A stretch of DNA of 64,000 bases. It comes from a virus. Where the stretch lies: the IMG/VR virus record IMGVR_UViG_3300023112_000009, positions 1-64,000 of that record, one strand, 5' to 3'. The translations under genes were made by a program, and so were the position numbers. Below the pieces are notes generated by a model that was not told the DNA's origin, did not search any database, and saw only the letters and a program-made list of their open reading frames with translations. Shown one piece after another: positions 1 through 10,029 of this stretch (the stretch's first letter is position 1; each line of letters opens with the position of its first letter).

Positions 1-396
1 GAGATTAGTCGTGGTGTCCTGCAAGAATGGCAACAGAATTGTTTACACATTGCGGCGTTGCATGACTTTATCAACAAGTACAATGTGCCGCTTATTGGGT
101 TTGGCCAAACTAACAACGAATTGATCTCTGGAATCAAGGCTGTCGCTGGTGGTAAACGCATCAGTGAGAACGTAGATTCTGTCAGTTACCTCAAAAGAAA
201 GACTGACGCTGAACGTGCTGACGATGGCAACGGTACTCACAAGATGGAGAACTTTAAGTCTAGGTTTGGCAAAGGACTATGGGGTAGTTACATTAATTAC
301 AACGCAGACCTTAGTTGTGGTTATTTCGAAGAACTGGAGATTGGTCATGTAACACCTCCTCAACAAGATAGTGACGACGATGACGACGACGAATGA
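1..396 (+). CDS. C-terminal part of a DnaB/SF4-like replicative helicase (5' truncated by window)
   Basis: Frame open from base 1. PLIGFGQTN...ISENVDSV...KSRFG resembles SF4 motifs H3/H4 and the K-x-R arginine finger. Acidic tail. Directly upstream of primase. Confidence 0.6.
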   Translation, partial: EISRGVLQEWQQNCLHIAALHDFINKYNVPLIGFGQTNNELISGIKAVAGGKRISENVDSVSYLKRKTDAERADDGNGTHKMENFKSRFGKGLWGSYINYNADLSCGYFEELEIGHVTPPQQDSDDDDDDE

Positions 397-1453
397 AAAG
401 AAGCAAACGATTCGTAACCATGCGAATCGCAACATTACTTATCTGCTAGACAGACTAGAGATTGAGTTTGATGATCGTGGAGACGGTCTAATTCAATCTA
501 CGTGTCAGTGCATGCAGCACGGGGGAGACCGTAACAACGTGACGGCATGGAGTTGGCGAACCGATCTTGGTAAATGGGTATGTTGGACGCATCACTGTGA
601 GGAGAGTCGTGGCAATGATATCTTCGGCTTAGTGAGTAGTGTTAAAGGTATCAACTTTCGTGAGACCGTTGAATGGATTACCACACAGCTTGAGAACAAA
701 AACGTGGACCTTGATGAGAAGGTATCTGATCCAATCAATATTCATCGTGGTAACAAGTTACACATTCATGAACCGCTAAAAGAGGATAACCTAAAGTTCC
801 TCATGCCGGATCCTCAGTATCTACTGAATCGTGAGTTTGATCTAGAATCATTGCGTAAATACGAGGTTGGCCTTTGGAGTCGTCTTGGTACGTACATGCA
901 TGATCGTGTCGTGTTCCCTGTTAGAGATCACGAAGGTCACTTGATTGGATATACAGGACGTACCATTCATACTCCTGAGTATTTCAAGCAGCGTGACCTC
1001 AAGTACATGAAGTGGGTACATGGTCGCCATTACAACAGATGGCCTCAGCGTGGAGACTTGTTTACTAGCTCCATTCTGTATAACCTACATAATGCTAAAC
1101 GATACTTGGGCATGAGCAAAAAGCTCATTCTGGTTGAAGGACCGCTAGATGGTATGAAGTTGGATGAAGCGGGGATCCACAACTGGGTTGCCACACTTGG
1201 TACTAGCTTCTGTCATGCTCACAGAACACTACTAATCAAGTATGGTGTTACGGATCTGTATGTTGCGTACGACAATGATGATCCTGCTAAATACAAGAGT
1301 GGAGAAAGCCCCGGTGAAAAAGGATGGGAACGCATGGAGCGTATTGTTGGTGACCTTTTTCAGTTGCACAGGGTTCTCCTGCCACACGATAAAGACTGTG
1401 GCGATCTAAGCACAACTTTACTTCAAGAAATTTTTAAAGGTATCTCATGTTAA
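371..1453 (+). CDS. dnaG: DNA primase (CHC2-like Zn finger + Toprim)
   Basis: N-terminal CQCMQH...CWTHHC Zn site; RVVFPV-D-GHLIGYTGR; LYNL; Toprim LVEGPLD and YDND. Confidence 0.9.
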   Translation: MTTMTTTNEKKQTIRNHANRNITYLLDRLEIEFDDRGDGLIQSTCQCMQHGGDRNNVTAWSWRTDLGKWVCWTHHCEESRGNDIFGLVSSVKGINFRETVEWITTQLENKNVDLDEKVSDPINIHRGNKLHIHEPLKEDNLKFLMPDPQYLLNREFDLESLRKYEVGLWSRLGTYMHDRVVFPVRDHEGHLIGYTGRTIHTPEYFKQRDLKYMKWVHGRHYNRWPQRGDLFTSSILYNLHNAKRYLGMSKKLILVEGPLDGMKLDEAGIHNWVATLGTSFCHAHRTLLIKYGVTDLYVAYDNDDPAKYKSGESPGEKGWERMERIVGDLFQLHRVLLPHDKDCGDLSTTLLQEIFKGISC

Positions 1454-2412
1454 AACTCAAGTCCATTTCACCCTCACGCATCAAAACTTTTGAGATGTGT
1501 AAGTTTAAGTATTGGTTAACGTACAATACCGATCTTGCACTTAAGACCAACTGGGGTGCTTGTCATGGTTCTCTTATCCATGATGTTTTGGAGCAGTATT
1601 CCAATGGTAGTGATCCAGACTGGGTAGCCAGACTGTATCGTGGTTATGGTGGAGTACTAGAAACGCTAGATCGTTACCAGAAGCCAGAGGTCATGGAAAG
1701 CCCATTGGTATGGGCTAAAGAAAAAGACTACGCCAACAAGAGACCGCTGTGTGACACATGTCCTTACGCTTCAAAAGAAGATAACACATGTAGCATTTCG
1801 CAAAAGCCCCTAGACGCATTGCCGGGTTGTCCTCGCGATCTGTTTGATGGATCAATCAAGATGTGCGAGACACAGATTGAGCGTTACAAAGACATGTGGA
1901 ATAAGACCCTGCGGAACCCAGAAGGGGAAGTAGTTGGGTACGAGTATGGCTATAGGATTAACATTCCTGGTACAGACGTTCCGATTATTGGTTACATGGA
2001 CCTTGTGATCGAAGAAGACCCCGAAACCATCCATGTGATTGACTACAAGACCGGCACATGGACACAAGACTACTTGCAGTGTCGTGAAGACATTCAAGTG
2101 AAGATGTATTCTCTTGCTTCTCGTCGTGAGTTCATTGACGACATTAGTAACAAGGGTTACAATTACAAGAACGTGATCTTGACGTTTGACTACTTCACTA
2201 AGAATCCTATCACTGTAGCATTTACAGAAGAAGAGGATCTAGCGACAGAAGAATGGGTTAAGAACAAGGTAAAAGAGATCGAGTCTACTGCTTATATCGA
2301 CCGTATCGTTAGAGACAACAGTGACTTTGAAAAGAGGTGGGCTTGGAAGTGTCGTTCGTTATGCGACACTGGCGTTTGTTCTAGTCAATGGAATGGGAAG
2401 TTTAAAACATAA
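1447..2412 (+). CDS. PD-(D/E)XK nuclease, RecB/Cas4-like
   Basis: ISPSRIKTFEMC N-terminal motif, GYMDLV, VIDYKTG, QVKMY, C-terminal CRSLC-x4-C completing an Fe-S staple pattern. Confidence 0.85.
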   Translation: MLKLKSISPSRIKTFEMCKFKYWLTYNTDLALKTNWGACHGSLIHDVLEQYSNGSDPDWVARLYRGYGGVLETLDRYQKPEVMESPLVWAKEKDYANKRPLCDTCPYASKEDNTCSISQKPLDALPGCPRDLFDGSIKMCETQIERYKDMWNKTLRNPEGEVVGYEYGYRINIPGTDVPIIGYMDLVIEEDPETIHVIDYKTGTWTQDYLQCREDIQVKMYSLASRREFIDDISNKGYNYKNVILTFDYFTKNPITVAFTEEEDLATEEWVKNKVKEIESTAYIDRIVRDNSDFEKRWAWKCRSLCDTGVCSSQWNGKFKT

Positions 2413-2999
2413 TGAGAGCACGTATTGGTAAAGATTGGATTGATGCATATTTTGACTATGGTGTAGACCGTACCAATAGACGTATCTTTATGTTTGATGG
2501 TGTTGACGAAACATCTATTGGTACAGTTATTAAGGGTCTGTATTACATGAATGCAGAGTCAACGGAAAAGCCTATTGAACTATTCATTGGTTCATTTGGT
2601 GGTAGCGAGTACGAAATGTATGCATTGTACGACGTGATCGGTACTCTTCAGGCACCAGTACATATTACTGCTATTGGCAAATGTATGAGTGCTGCACCAT
2701 TGTTGGTTGCTCGTGGCGAACCAGGACATAGATACGCTACTCCAAACACTTGGTTCATGGTCCATCAGTCGTGGGACGAGTTTGGCATGAAGCGTACGGA
2801 TGAACTAAAAAAGGACTTAGTTCATTATGATGCAATGGCAAAGAGTTGGTATGCTCTTATGGAAAAGCACACCAGCCAAAAGGCCACGTTCTGGAAGAAG
2901 CATTGCGAACAGGTTGGTGACAAATACTTTAGTGCTGAGCAGGCCCTAGAGTGGGGTATCATTGATCACATTTGGGATCAGAAAGACGGAGAAGAGTAA
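2412..2999 (+). CDS. clpP: ClpP-family serine protease
   Basis: RRIFMFDGVD, IGSFGGS, catalytic Ser in GKCMSAA, His in FMVHQ, Asp in GDKYFSAEQALEWGIID. Confidence 0.9.
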   Translation: MRARIGKDWIDAYFDYGVDRTNRRIFMFDGVDETSIGTVIKGLYYMNAESTEKPIELFIGSFGGSEYEMYALYDVIGTLQAPVHITAIGKCMSAAPLLVARGEPGHRYATPNTWFMVHQSWDEFGMKRTDELKKDLVHYDAMAKSWYALMEKHTSQKATFWKKHCEQVGDKYFSAEQALEWGIIDHIWDQKDGEE

Positions 3000-3664
3000 T
3001 GGCTAAACATATTGTAGTAATAGGCTGCTGGGAGAAGGGTCACGTAACAGAGTTACTGATGACCAAGAAGCAAGAGGAGACGCTTTGTAGAAAGATTGAC
3101 AAAATGAAAGCCGTCTGTCCCGTGTGTCGTGACGAAGGGGTTGGCAATCAGTCAATCACAATCCTGCGTGGTGAGACACGGTTCACGCTAGATAAGTCGT
3201 ACCAGTGTCGCCATGGTCACATGACGAACGTGGGGGCATTTTCTAATGGCATGTTACACGTTAAGTCCAGTTCAGGCAGAAGCGATTTCGAGAACATAGA
3301 AGGAACCATCGAAGAACTAGAGGAACTGATTGACAAAAAGACGATTTCGTGTCATCATGTAGATGAGAAAGGCCAACAGTGTGGCTGTAAACTCAAACCG
3401 ATGGACAACTTACAACTAGAGTATCCTGTAGTTACTGGCATTAAGACAAGAACTAGAGTCGGTGACCTTTGGGACAAGGCTGGTGCTGATGTTGTTCGTA
3501 CTGGTGGCTATGACAAAGATGGTAACCACACTTCGGGTACTGGTCAAGAAGGAAACAAAGCTCGCTTAGAGGCTATGCGAAGACTGAACGCAAAAAATAG
3601 CAAGTCTCCTGGTAAGCGAATCACCAAGCCGACGAATAAGATTTACAATCGAAGATCCAGATGA
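2999..3664 (+). CDS. Cys/His-rich hypothetical protein (several putative Zn ribbons)
   Basis: TAATG coupling to clpP gives ATG 2999; CPVC, CRHGH and CHH...CGC motifs; basic C-terminus. Confidence 0.6.
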   Translation: MAKHIVVIGCWEKGHVTELLMTKKQEETLCRKIDKMKAVCPVCRDEGVGNQSITILRGETRFTLDKSYQCRHGHMTNVGAFSNGMLHVKSSSGRSDFENIEGTIEELEELIDKKTISCHHVDEKGQQCGCKLKPMDNLQLEYPVVTGIKTRTRVGDLWDKAGADVVRTGGYDKDGNHTSGTGQEGNKARLEAMRRLNAKNSKSPGKRITKPTNKIYNRRSR

Positions 3665-6600
3665 CATTTACACACCTGAACGTACATTCTAAAGCTTCTA
3701 TGCTGTACGGTTCTGCTGACATCAAAAAGATTGTCGCCAGAGCCAAGGAGCTAGGACAGCCCGCCGTAGCACTTACAGACTATTCGAACGTCTTTGAAAC
3801 GGTAAACTTTTGTCGCGAGGCAGAGGCGGCTGGGGTCAAGCCCATCCTGGGGGCCGACCTGTATTTTTGCGAGGACGCAGAGCAGCTTAGAATCCAGAAA
3901 GTACGTCAGGTGTCTCACATCGTTCTACTGGCCGAGAATGAAACCGGCTGGAAGAACATCACGCGGCTGCTATCGCACGCCAACAGTCCGGACTATTTCT
4001 TCTACAGTCCCCGCATTGACTTTTCTCTTTTAGAGCAATACAGTGAAGGCGTAATCTGTCTTACGGGCAGTAGTCTTGACGGGGTTGTCTCTTCTCAACT
4101 GTATGATAAGGTAGACGAAAGCGGCGAAGTGTATGAGACCGCTGCTCTGTTTAAGGCAGAGGGTTTGATTCGTCGTTTCCTTAAGATCTTTGACAAGGAC
4201 CACCTGTTCCTGGAAGTACAGGATACTGGTGTTGCAGAGCAGAAGCAGATTAACACTAGGCTTCGTAGTATTGGTACTAAGTATGGTTTGCGTACCGTAG
4301 CTACCAACAACGTTCACTACGTTGAGCAGCATGACGCTGAGGCACACAAGACTCTGTTGGAAATGAGTGCCAACAAGTATAGTCGTGCTACATACACTGA
4401 CTTTATTCCTGAGGAATACTACCTCAAGAGTCGTGATGAAATGGCCGAACTTGGTCTCTTGGAAAGTGAGCTTGATCTTGCTTGTGAGATTGCTGATCGT
4501 TGTAACGTTAATCTTGATATCAAGAAACGTCGTTTGCCTAAGTATAAGTTTATCCCCGAAGGAAAAACATCTAATGAATATCTTCGTGAGATTGCTCGTG
4601 AAGGGCTAAGTAAACTATCGCAACGCGACATTACTGGTGAGTCTTATCATGATCGACTGGAAAGAGAGCTTACGGACATTGAAGAAATGGGGTTCGCAGA
4701 CTACTTCCTCATCGTCCACGATGTCATGTCCTGGGTGCATAGCCAAAATATCCTGGTTGGTCGTGGACGTGGTAGTGCGGGTGGTAGCCTTGTTAGTTAT
4801 GCTTTGGGTATTACTGAGATTGATCCTCTTGAGTATGGTCTCATTTGGGAGCGGTTCCTCAATAAAGGTCGCGGAGGTTTGCCTGATATTGATACTGACG
4901 TTCCCCGTTCGAAGCGACAGAAAGTACTTGAGTATATCCGAGAACGGTTCGGTGCAGGTAACGTCGCACAGCTAGTCACCCTTGGTGGCCTTCAAGCTAA
5001 GGCTATTCTAAAAGAAGTTTTCAAGGTCTATGACATGCCTTTCGATGAGGCTAATAAGATCACGGCTTTGGTGCCCGCTAAGAACGATGATCACGGTGCT
5101 ATCAGTCTACAGGAAGCTATCGATACTGTACCAGAGCTTAAGGAGTATTATAACAAGTACACGCCTTGGTTTAAGATTGCCCTAGCACTTGAAGGGTGTT
5201 ACAAATCAACAGGGATCCACGCGGCTGCGGTCGTGATCTCTGATGTTCCGTTTGACGAGAGTCCATATCCTCTTGCACGGTCGAAGGACGGAAGTCTACT
5301 TTTCGGATGGGACATGAACACGGTGGACTCCTTGAGTCTGCTCAAGCTCGATATCCTTGGATTGACCACGTTGGATGATATCCAGGTGACCATGGAGCTT
5401 GTCAAGGATCGCCATGATATTAAGCTTTCGCGACAGGCCATGCCGCTAGATGATCCGGTGACCATGGCCATGATTGGCCAAGGCTTTACCGTAGGCGTTT
5501 TCCAGATTGAAAAACAACTGGGTCGTACCTGGAGCAAGAACCTACAGCCTGGATCTATTGAAGAGATTTCTGACTTGGTTAGTATCATTCGACCCGGCCC
5601 CATGGAAAGTAATATGCATACGGCTTACCGTAGCGTGAAGAACAAGGGTGAAGACCCTGAGTACATTCACCCTATGCTTGAGCCGATCATGTCACCGACA
5701 TACTCTGCACTCTTGTACCAAGAGCAGGTTATCTATATCTGCCAGCAACTTGCTTGCATGAACTCGGTAGACGCTGACATGGTTCGTAAGGCTATGGGCA
5801 AGAAGAAGCCTGAGGAAATGGCCAAATGGCAAGAGGTATTCGTTTCTGGTTGTGCTAAGAATAACATTGACCCTATTACCGCTGAGGAAATTTGGGGATA
5901 CATTGAGAAGTTTGCTGGATATGGATTCAACAAATCTCACGGTGTAGGCTATGCTCTACTTGCGTACGAAACCGCTTATCTAAAAGCCAACTATACCGTT
6001 GAGTTCTTGTGTGCTAAGCTTCGTCACGCAGAGAGTCACCCGGATAAGTTTGAACAAATGGCGGCTCTGACTTTCGATGGTAAATTATTTGACATCGAGG
6101 TTACTCCTCCTCGTGTGTCCATGAGCAACAAAGAGTTTGCCGTTGTGGACGACACACATATTGCTTTCGGGCTTACAGCCCTCAAGGGTGTTGGGGTTAC
6201 TGCTGTCAATGATCTTGTCAAGCTTTGCAAGGACTGCGAAACGTTTGATGATATTCTGTGGAAGTTCAAGACCACCAAGAGTAAAGTCAATGCCGGTGTC
6301 ATGACTGCACTGATTCGTGGTGGTGCATTCGATGATATCGAAGAACACAGAGTTGAGAGTCAAGCCAAGTTCCGTTTACTAGATGGCCTTACGGTCAAAG
6401 AAATGGAAGTTGTTTTAGAGCTTGCTCCTCATCAGCAAGATCCAGATTGGATTCGTATCGTGAGAGCACTTGCCGACGATGACAAGTCCTTACTGGTAAA
6501 AGAAAAGTTTAACGTCAAGATTCCGAACGTGCGTCGTCGTGCTGCCATTAGGGGTCTTCTGTCTGACTATGACGGTCGTGAACTATTCGATACCAAGGCA

Positions 6601-6954
6601 CAGCGAGTAGCCTGGGAGCAACATTACCTAGGGATCTCCCTAAGTGGTAGTGAAGCTGATATCTATAAAGCACAAGAAAGTTGCATTGATTTGGTGCGTA
6701 GCGGATACCCTGACATGCAGTTCGAGATTGCTGTCTGTGTGGATACGGTACGTGAAATTATTACTAAAAAGGGTGACCCTATGGCGTTTGTGACGGCACG
6801 CGACAATACGTACGTCATGGACAACATCGTGGTGTTCCCTAAGACATTTGTAAGATCTAAGACACTTCTAGAAGAAGGTAACGTTCTTAAAATTAGAGGA
6901 AAGATGGACGACAGAGGCTCATTGATTGCCGAAAGAGTTGAGAGATTAAGATGA
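3661..6954 (+). CDS. dnaE: DNA polymerase III alpha subunit (C family)
   Basis: PHP domain (FTHLNVHS), GRGRGSAGGSLVSYALGIT, catalytic PDIDTD, HAAAVVI, KLDILGL, YQEQV, GFNKSH, C-terminal OB (TKKGDPMAF). No intein. Confidence 0.97.
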   Translation: MTFTHLNVHSKASMLYGSADIKKIVARAKELGQPAVALTDYSNVFETVNFCREAEAAGVKPILGADLYFCEDAEQLRIQKVRQVSHIVLLAENETGWKNITRLLSHANSPDYFFYSPRIDFSLLEQYSEGVICLTGSSLDGVVSSQLYDKVDESGEVYETAALFKAEGLIRRFLKIFDKDHLFLEVQDTGVAEQKQINTRLRSIGTKYGLRTVATNNVHYVEQHDAEAHKTLLEMSANKYSRATYTDFIPEEYYLKSRDEMAELGLLESELDLACEIADRCNVNLDIKKRRLPKYKFIPEGKTSNEYLREIAREGLSKLSQRDITGESYHDRLERELTDIEEMGFADYFLIVHDVMSWVHSQNILVGRGRGSAGGSLVSYALGITEIDPLEYGLIWERFLNKGRGGLPDIDTDVPRSKRQKVLEYIRERFGAGNVAQLVTLGGLQAKAILKEVFKVYDMPFDEANKITALVPAKNDDHGAISLQEAIDTVPELKEYYNKYTPWFKIALALEGCYKSTGIHAAAVVISDVPFDESPYPLARSKDGSLLFGWDMNTVDSLSLLKLDILGLTTLDDIQVTMELVKDRHDIKLSRQAMPLDDPVTMAMIGQGFTVGVFQIEKQLGRTWSKNLQPGSIEEISDLVSIIRPGPMESNMHTAYRSVKNKGEDPEYIHPMLEPIMSPTYSALLYQEQVIYICQQLACMNSVDADMVRKAMGKKKPEEMAKWQEVFVSGCAKNNIDPITAEEIWGYIEKFAGYGFNKSHGVGYALLAYETAYLKANYTVEFLCAKLRHAESHPDKFEQMAALTFDGKLFDIEVTPPRVSMSNKEFAVVDDTHIAFGLTALKGVGVTAVNDLVKLCKDCETFDDILWKFKTTKSKVNAGVMTALIRGGAFDDIEEHRVESQAKFRLLDGLTVKEMEVVLELAPHQQDPDWIRIVRALADDDKSLLVKEKFNVKIPNVRRRAAIRGLLSDYDGRELFDTKAQRVAWEQHYLGISLSGSEADIYKAQESCIDLVRSGYPDMQFEIAVCVDTVREIITKKGDPMAFVTARDNTYVMDNIVVFPKTFVRSKTLLEEGNVLKIRGKMDDRGSLIAERVERLR

Positions 6955-7175
6955 CAAAATACGAATACGATTTCGCGAACATAGAACTTGACGAACAACA
7001 GCAGGCCATGATAGAGATTGGTGTGGGCAATGTTGCTGCTTTAAATCCTATCATTAGAGACATTTTAAATGAGCGTGCCAAAACAGGATGGGAACCCATG
7101 TATCCTTTTTCGGTGCCACAGATCTGGTTCCGTAGAGCTAAGCCGGTACGCAGAAAAACCACAAAAAAGCCTTAA
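6951..7175 (+). CDS. small protein, DUF4177-like
   Basis: KYEY at the N-terminus and ILNERAKTGWE resemble the DUF4177 pattern; ATGA coupling. Confidence 0.45.
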   Translation: MTKYEYDFANIELDEQQQAMIEIGVGNVAALNPIIRDILNERAKTGWEPMYPFSVPQIWFRRAKPVRRKTTKKP

Positions 7176-7200
7176 CACTTCGGGTAAAAACTGACATAAT

Positions 7201-7572
7201 ATGTACGACTACGCAAACGTTCAACTGATGGGTCGAGCCACATCTGATGCCGAACTCGGAAAAGTTGACGAAGAAGGACGAGTTAGTAAAGCTGTTTTTA
7301 CTCTGGCCCTAAACATCCCCATACGACGTGGAAACCAAACTACTTCACGTACCCTATATCGCCGCGTCATGGCACTTGGTTCTTTTGCCAACTATGTGTC
7401 AAACTGTCAAGAAGATGGTGGTCTTAAAGGACGACTCATTAATATACTTGGCGTAATGGACGACGAGCACTGCACAGATGAAGACGAAGAATATTTCCAG
7501 GACATCGTTCGAGTTGCCCCCGGTGCTGGATTCATCAAGATCATGGATCGGAGAGCACGAAATGATGGTTGA
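7201..7572 (+). CDS. divergent SSB-like OB-fold protein
   Basis: NVQLMGRATSDAE...AVFTLALN...RVMALG...LKGRLINILG follows the SSB strand pattern; lacks the acidic C-terminal tip. Confidence 0.55.
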   Translation: MYDYANVQLMGRATSDAELGKVDEEGRVSKAVFTLALNIPIRRGNQTTSRTLYRRVMALGSFANYVSNCQEDGGLKGRLINILGVMDDEHCTDEDEEYFQDIVRVAPGAGFIKIMDRRARNDG

Positions 7573-8227
7573 CATGTCCGATGCTGAGGCCGTTGAACTT
7601 CTAAACGAATACAGTTCAGTCGTAAAGAAGATAGCACGTTCTGCGTGTTACTCTTCTGCGTCGATAGACTTTGCTGACCTATGTCAGATTGGCGATATTG
7701 CTATTTTGAAAGCTATTAAAATGTATGATCCAACGCAAGGTACGACTATCAGATCGTACGTTGCAAAAATCGTACGTCAAGACGTGTTTAATGAAGCGGC
7801 TAAATTCCTGGGCGTATTCACGGTGGACCATAGGGTTACTAGTCTAGCAGCAAAAGTCAATAAGTTACACATTAACGACAAGACAGACGAAGAGATTGCT
7901 GTCATTCTAACTAAAAACGGTCACCGTAGCTTTGATGCCGATCACATTAAGGATCTACGTATCACCTACAATCGTCGCAAGCATTCAGAGCTACAGTCAG
8001 ATGACGCTCTGGAAGAAGGGGACGCAAAAGAAAGTACAATCATGACACTACTGAATGATGTCATTGAGGGTAAAACAGAAGAAGTGATTTTAGAGCAAAG
8101 ACTTATGGGTAACACAACAGCGGAAGACGTAGCTTCTCAGTTGGGTATACACGTAGGACAGTTGTACAAATTGGAGAACGATCTTAAAGATCGTATTCGT
8201 CAAGCCATCAGGGGCGTAATTGAATGA
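7562..8227 (+). CDS. sigma-70 family RNA polymerase sigma factor
   Basis: Region 2 DLCQIGDIAILKAIKMYDPTQGTTIRSY; region 4 HTH TAEDVASQLGIHVGQLYKLE. ATG at 7562 preferred over 7478. Confidence 0.8.
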   Translation: MMVDMSDAEAVELLNEYSSVVKKIARSACYSSASIDFADLCQIGDIAILKAIKMYDPTQGTTIRSYVAKIVRQDVFNEAAKFLGVFTVDHRVTSLAAKVNKLHINDKTDEEIAVILTKNGHRSFDADHIKDLRITYNRRKHSELQSDDALEEGDAKESTIMTLLNDVIEGKTEEVILEQRLMGNTTAEDVASQLGIHVGQLYKLENDLKDRIRQAIRGVIE

Positions 8228-10029
8228 GTAACAAGAAACGTATTTTGTTTATCGGAGAAGCCAGTAATCTTAGTACTGGTTTTTCGACATACTATAGGGA
8301 ATTGATCCCTAGATTGGTGGCCACAGGGAAATATGAAATCGCTGAGCTTGGTTCGTATGTACGCCAGGACGATCCTAAGGTCCAGGAGTTCATCCAGGGT
8401 CGCTGGAAGTTCTATGGCGTAATGCCCACGACCCAGGAAGAGGCTCAAGCCTTCAACGCTCCGAATCCGCACCCTCGCACACGAGGCCAGAACACTAACC
8501 AGTTTGGCGAGTACAAATTCAACCATGTATGTGCTGATTTTAAGCCGGATATCGTTATCGATATCCGTGACTGGTGGATGCTAGAATTCCAAGAGCGAAG
8601 TGTGTTTCGCTCTTGGTTTAAGTGGGTTGTGATGCCTACTGTTGACGCTGAACCTCAGGCAGAAGAGTGGATGAAAACCTATGAGAACGCTGAAATGGTT
8701 TTGGCGTACTCTGATTATGGTGTTCACACCCTGCGTCGTCAGAGCCAACTGTTGCCTAACGGTAAGAAAAGCGTTAGTATTTTTCCTAAGGCCATGCGTC
8801 CTGGTGTTGACCTAGAAACGTTTCTGCCCATGGACACCAAGGAGACTCGTGAGCACTGGAACCTAAATAGTGACAACCCTGTTATCGGCACGGTTATGCG
8901 TAACCAAAGTCGTAAACTGTATCCTGATCTTATCGATGGCTTTGCCGCGATGAAGGAGAAGTACAAAGGAGAAGACGCTGTTGATAAGGCGGTTCTGTTG
9001 ATTCATTCTTCGTGGCCGGATAACGCACACTCTTACGATTACCCTAGACACATTATGCGTCTAGAGTCTTACGACTGGATGCCATATGCCAGTAAAGGTA
9101 TTCGTGGTAGTATCTTGCAGTCCATGTACTGTCATGCATGTCAAGAGCCTTCCGTGACCTTTGCTATGAACCTGTGGGGTAAGCCCACGCAGGATGGTCG
9201 CATTAAGTTGCCTTGTCCTCACTGTGGAGCAATTGAAGCTTCTCCTCCGAACACCGCTGGTGGTTTTACAAGAGAAGATCTTGCTAAGCTATATAACCTC
9301 ATGGATCTTTATGTTCAGTGTTCGATTTGTGAGGGTGACGGAATGCCTATTCAGGAAGCTAAAGCTTGTGGCGTTCCGACTCTAGTAACAGACTACACGG
9401 CCATGCGTGAGAAGGGGCGTTTCCCTGACTACAATCATTTTGAAGATCTCAAGATCACTGAGGATAACTACACCTGTACTAAGGGTGGTGACGTTATTGA
9501 TGTTGGTCGTTATTACCATGAACCAGAAACGGGGTGTATTCGTGCCCACCCAGACGTTGACGATCTTGCCGATAAGATGCGTAACATGATCACTGATCCT
9601 GTTAAGCTTAAGGCTCTTGGTATTGAGGCTCGTGAGTGTACCGAAGAGAATTACGACTGGAATAAACTCTGGAAGCAATGGGAGTACGTTCTTGATAACA
9701 TCAAGCCGCTAGACCGTTCGCAGACGTGGGATAGTCCTATTATTGAGCATGATTCTATTCAAGCTGTTCCTGTTCCTGATGGACTAAGTGACGAGCAGTA
9801 TGTCGAGTGGTTGTACATTAATGTATTGAAGTATCCGGCAGTTGACCCAGAGGGTGCCAAGACTTGGATTCAGCATCTTGGACTTGGTGTTCCTCGTGAA
9901 CAGATCATGAAACAGTTTGTCGCAATTGGTAACCAGCAGTCTGATGGTGGTAAACTACGCGATCAAATCAGACAAGAGGTTGCTGGTATAGCACCTGTGG
10001 CCCAGCGTCCCACGCAAGAATTTATCTAA
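8224..10029 (+). CDS. GT4 (GT-B) glycosyltransferase with Zn-ribbon insert and C-terminal DUF4214-like domain
   Basis: KRILFIGE..STGFS; RNQSRK; LYNLMDLYV..SICEGDGMPIQEAKACGVP; insert CHAC...CPHC; C-terminus SDEQYVEWLYINVL...DPEGAKTW...REQIMKQF. Confidence 0.85.
   Translation: MSNKKRILFIGEASNLSTGFSTYYRELIPRLVATGKYEIAELGSYVRQDDPKVQEFIQGRWKFYGVMPTTQEEAQAFNAPNPHPRTRGQNTNQFGEYKFNHVCADFKPDIVIDIRDWWMLEFQERSVFRSWFKWVVMPTVDAEPQAEEWMKTYENAEMVLAYSDYGVHTLRRQSQLLPNGKKSVSIFPKAMRPGVDLETFLPMDTKETREHWNLNSDNPVIGTVMRNQSRKLYPDLIDGFAAMKEKYKGEDAVDKAVLLIHSSWPDNAHSYDYPRHIMRLESYDWMPYASKGIRGSILQSMYCHACQEPSVTFAMNLWGKPTQDGRIKLPCPHCGAIEASPPNTAGGFTREDLAKLYNLMDLYVQCSICEGDGMPIQEAKACGVPTLVTDYTAMREKGRFPDYNHFEDLKITEDNYTCTKGGDVIDVGRYYHEPETGCIRAHPDVDDLADKMRNMITDPVKLKALGIEARECTEENYDWNKLWKQWEYVLDNIKPLDRSQTWDSPIIEHDSIQAVPVPDGLSDEQYVEWLYINVLKYPAVDPEGAKTWIQHLGLGVPREQIMKQFVAIGNQQSDGGKLRDQIRQEVAGIAPVAQRPTQEFI

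Noticed and set aside
368-396. GACGAC/GATGAC short tandem repeat
   Set aside because: It simply encodes the acidic helicase tail (DSDDDDDDE), overlapping the primase start.
1447-2412. CRISPR-Cas locus suggested by the Cas4-like protein
   Set aside because: No repeat-spacer array and no other cas genes anywhere in the window.
2412-2999. ClpP as prohead maturation protease
   Set aside because: No portal or capsid genes are nearby and it is embedded in the replication operon; not excluded, but unsupported here.
7172-7200. Promoter-like TTAACA-N17-CATAAT before the SSB-like gene
   Set aside because: The ATG follows the -10 with no gap, so the start site would fall inside the conserved first strand of the ORF. 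It is ambiguous and not counted among the leaderless promoters.
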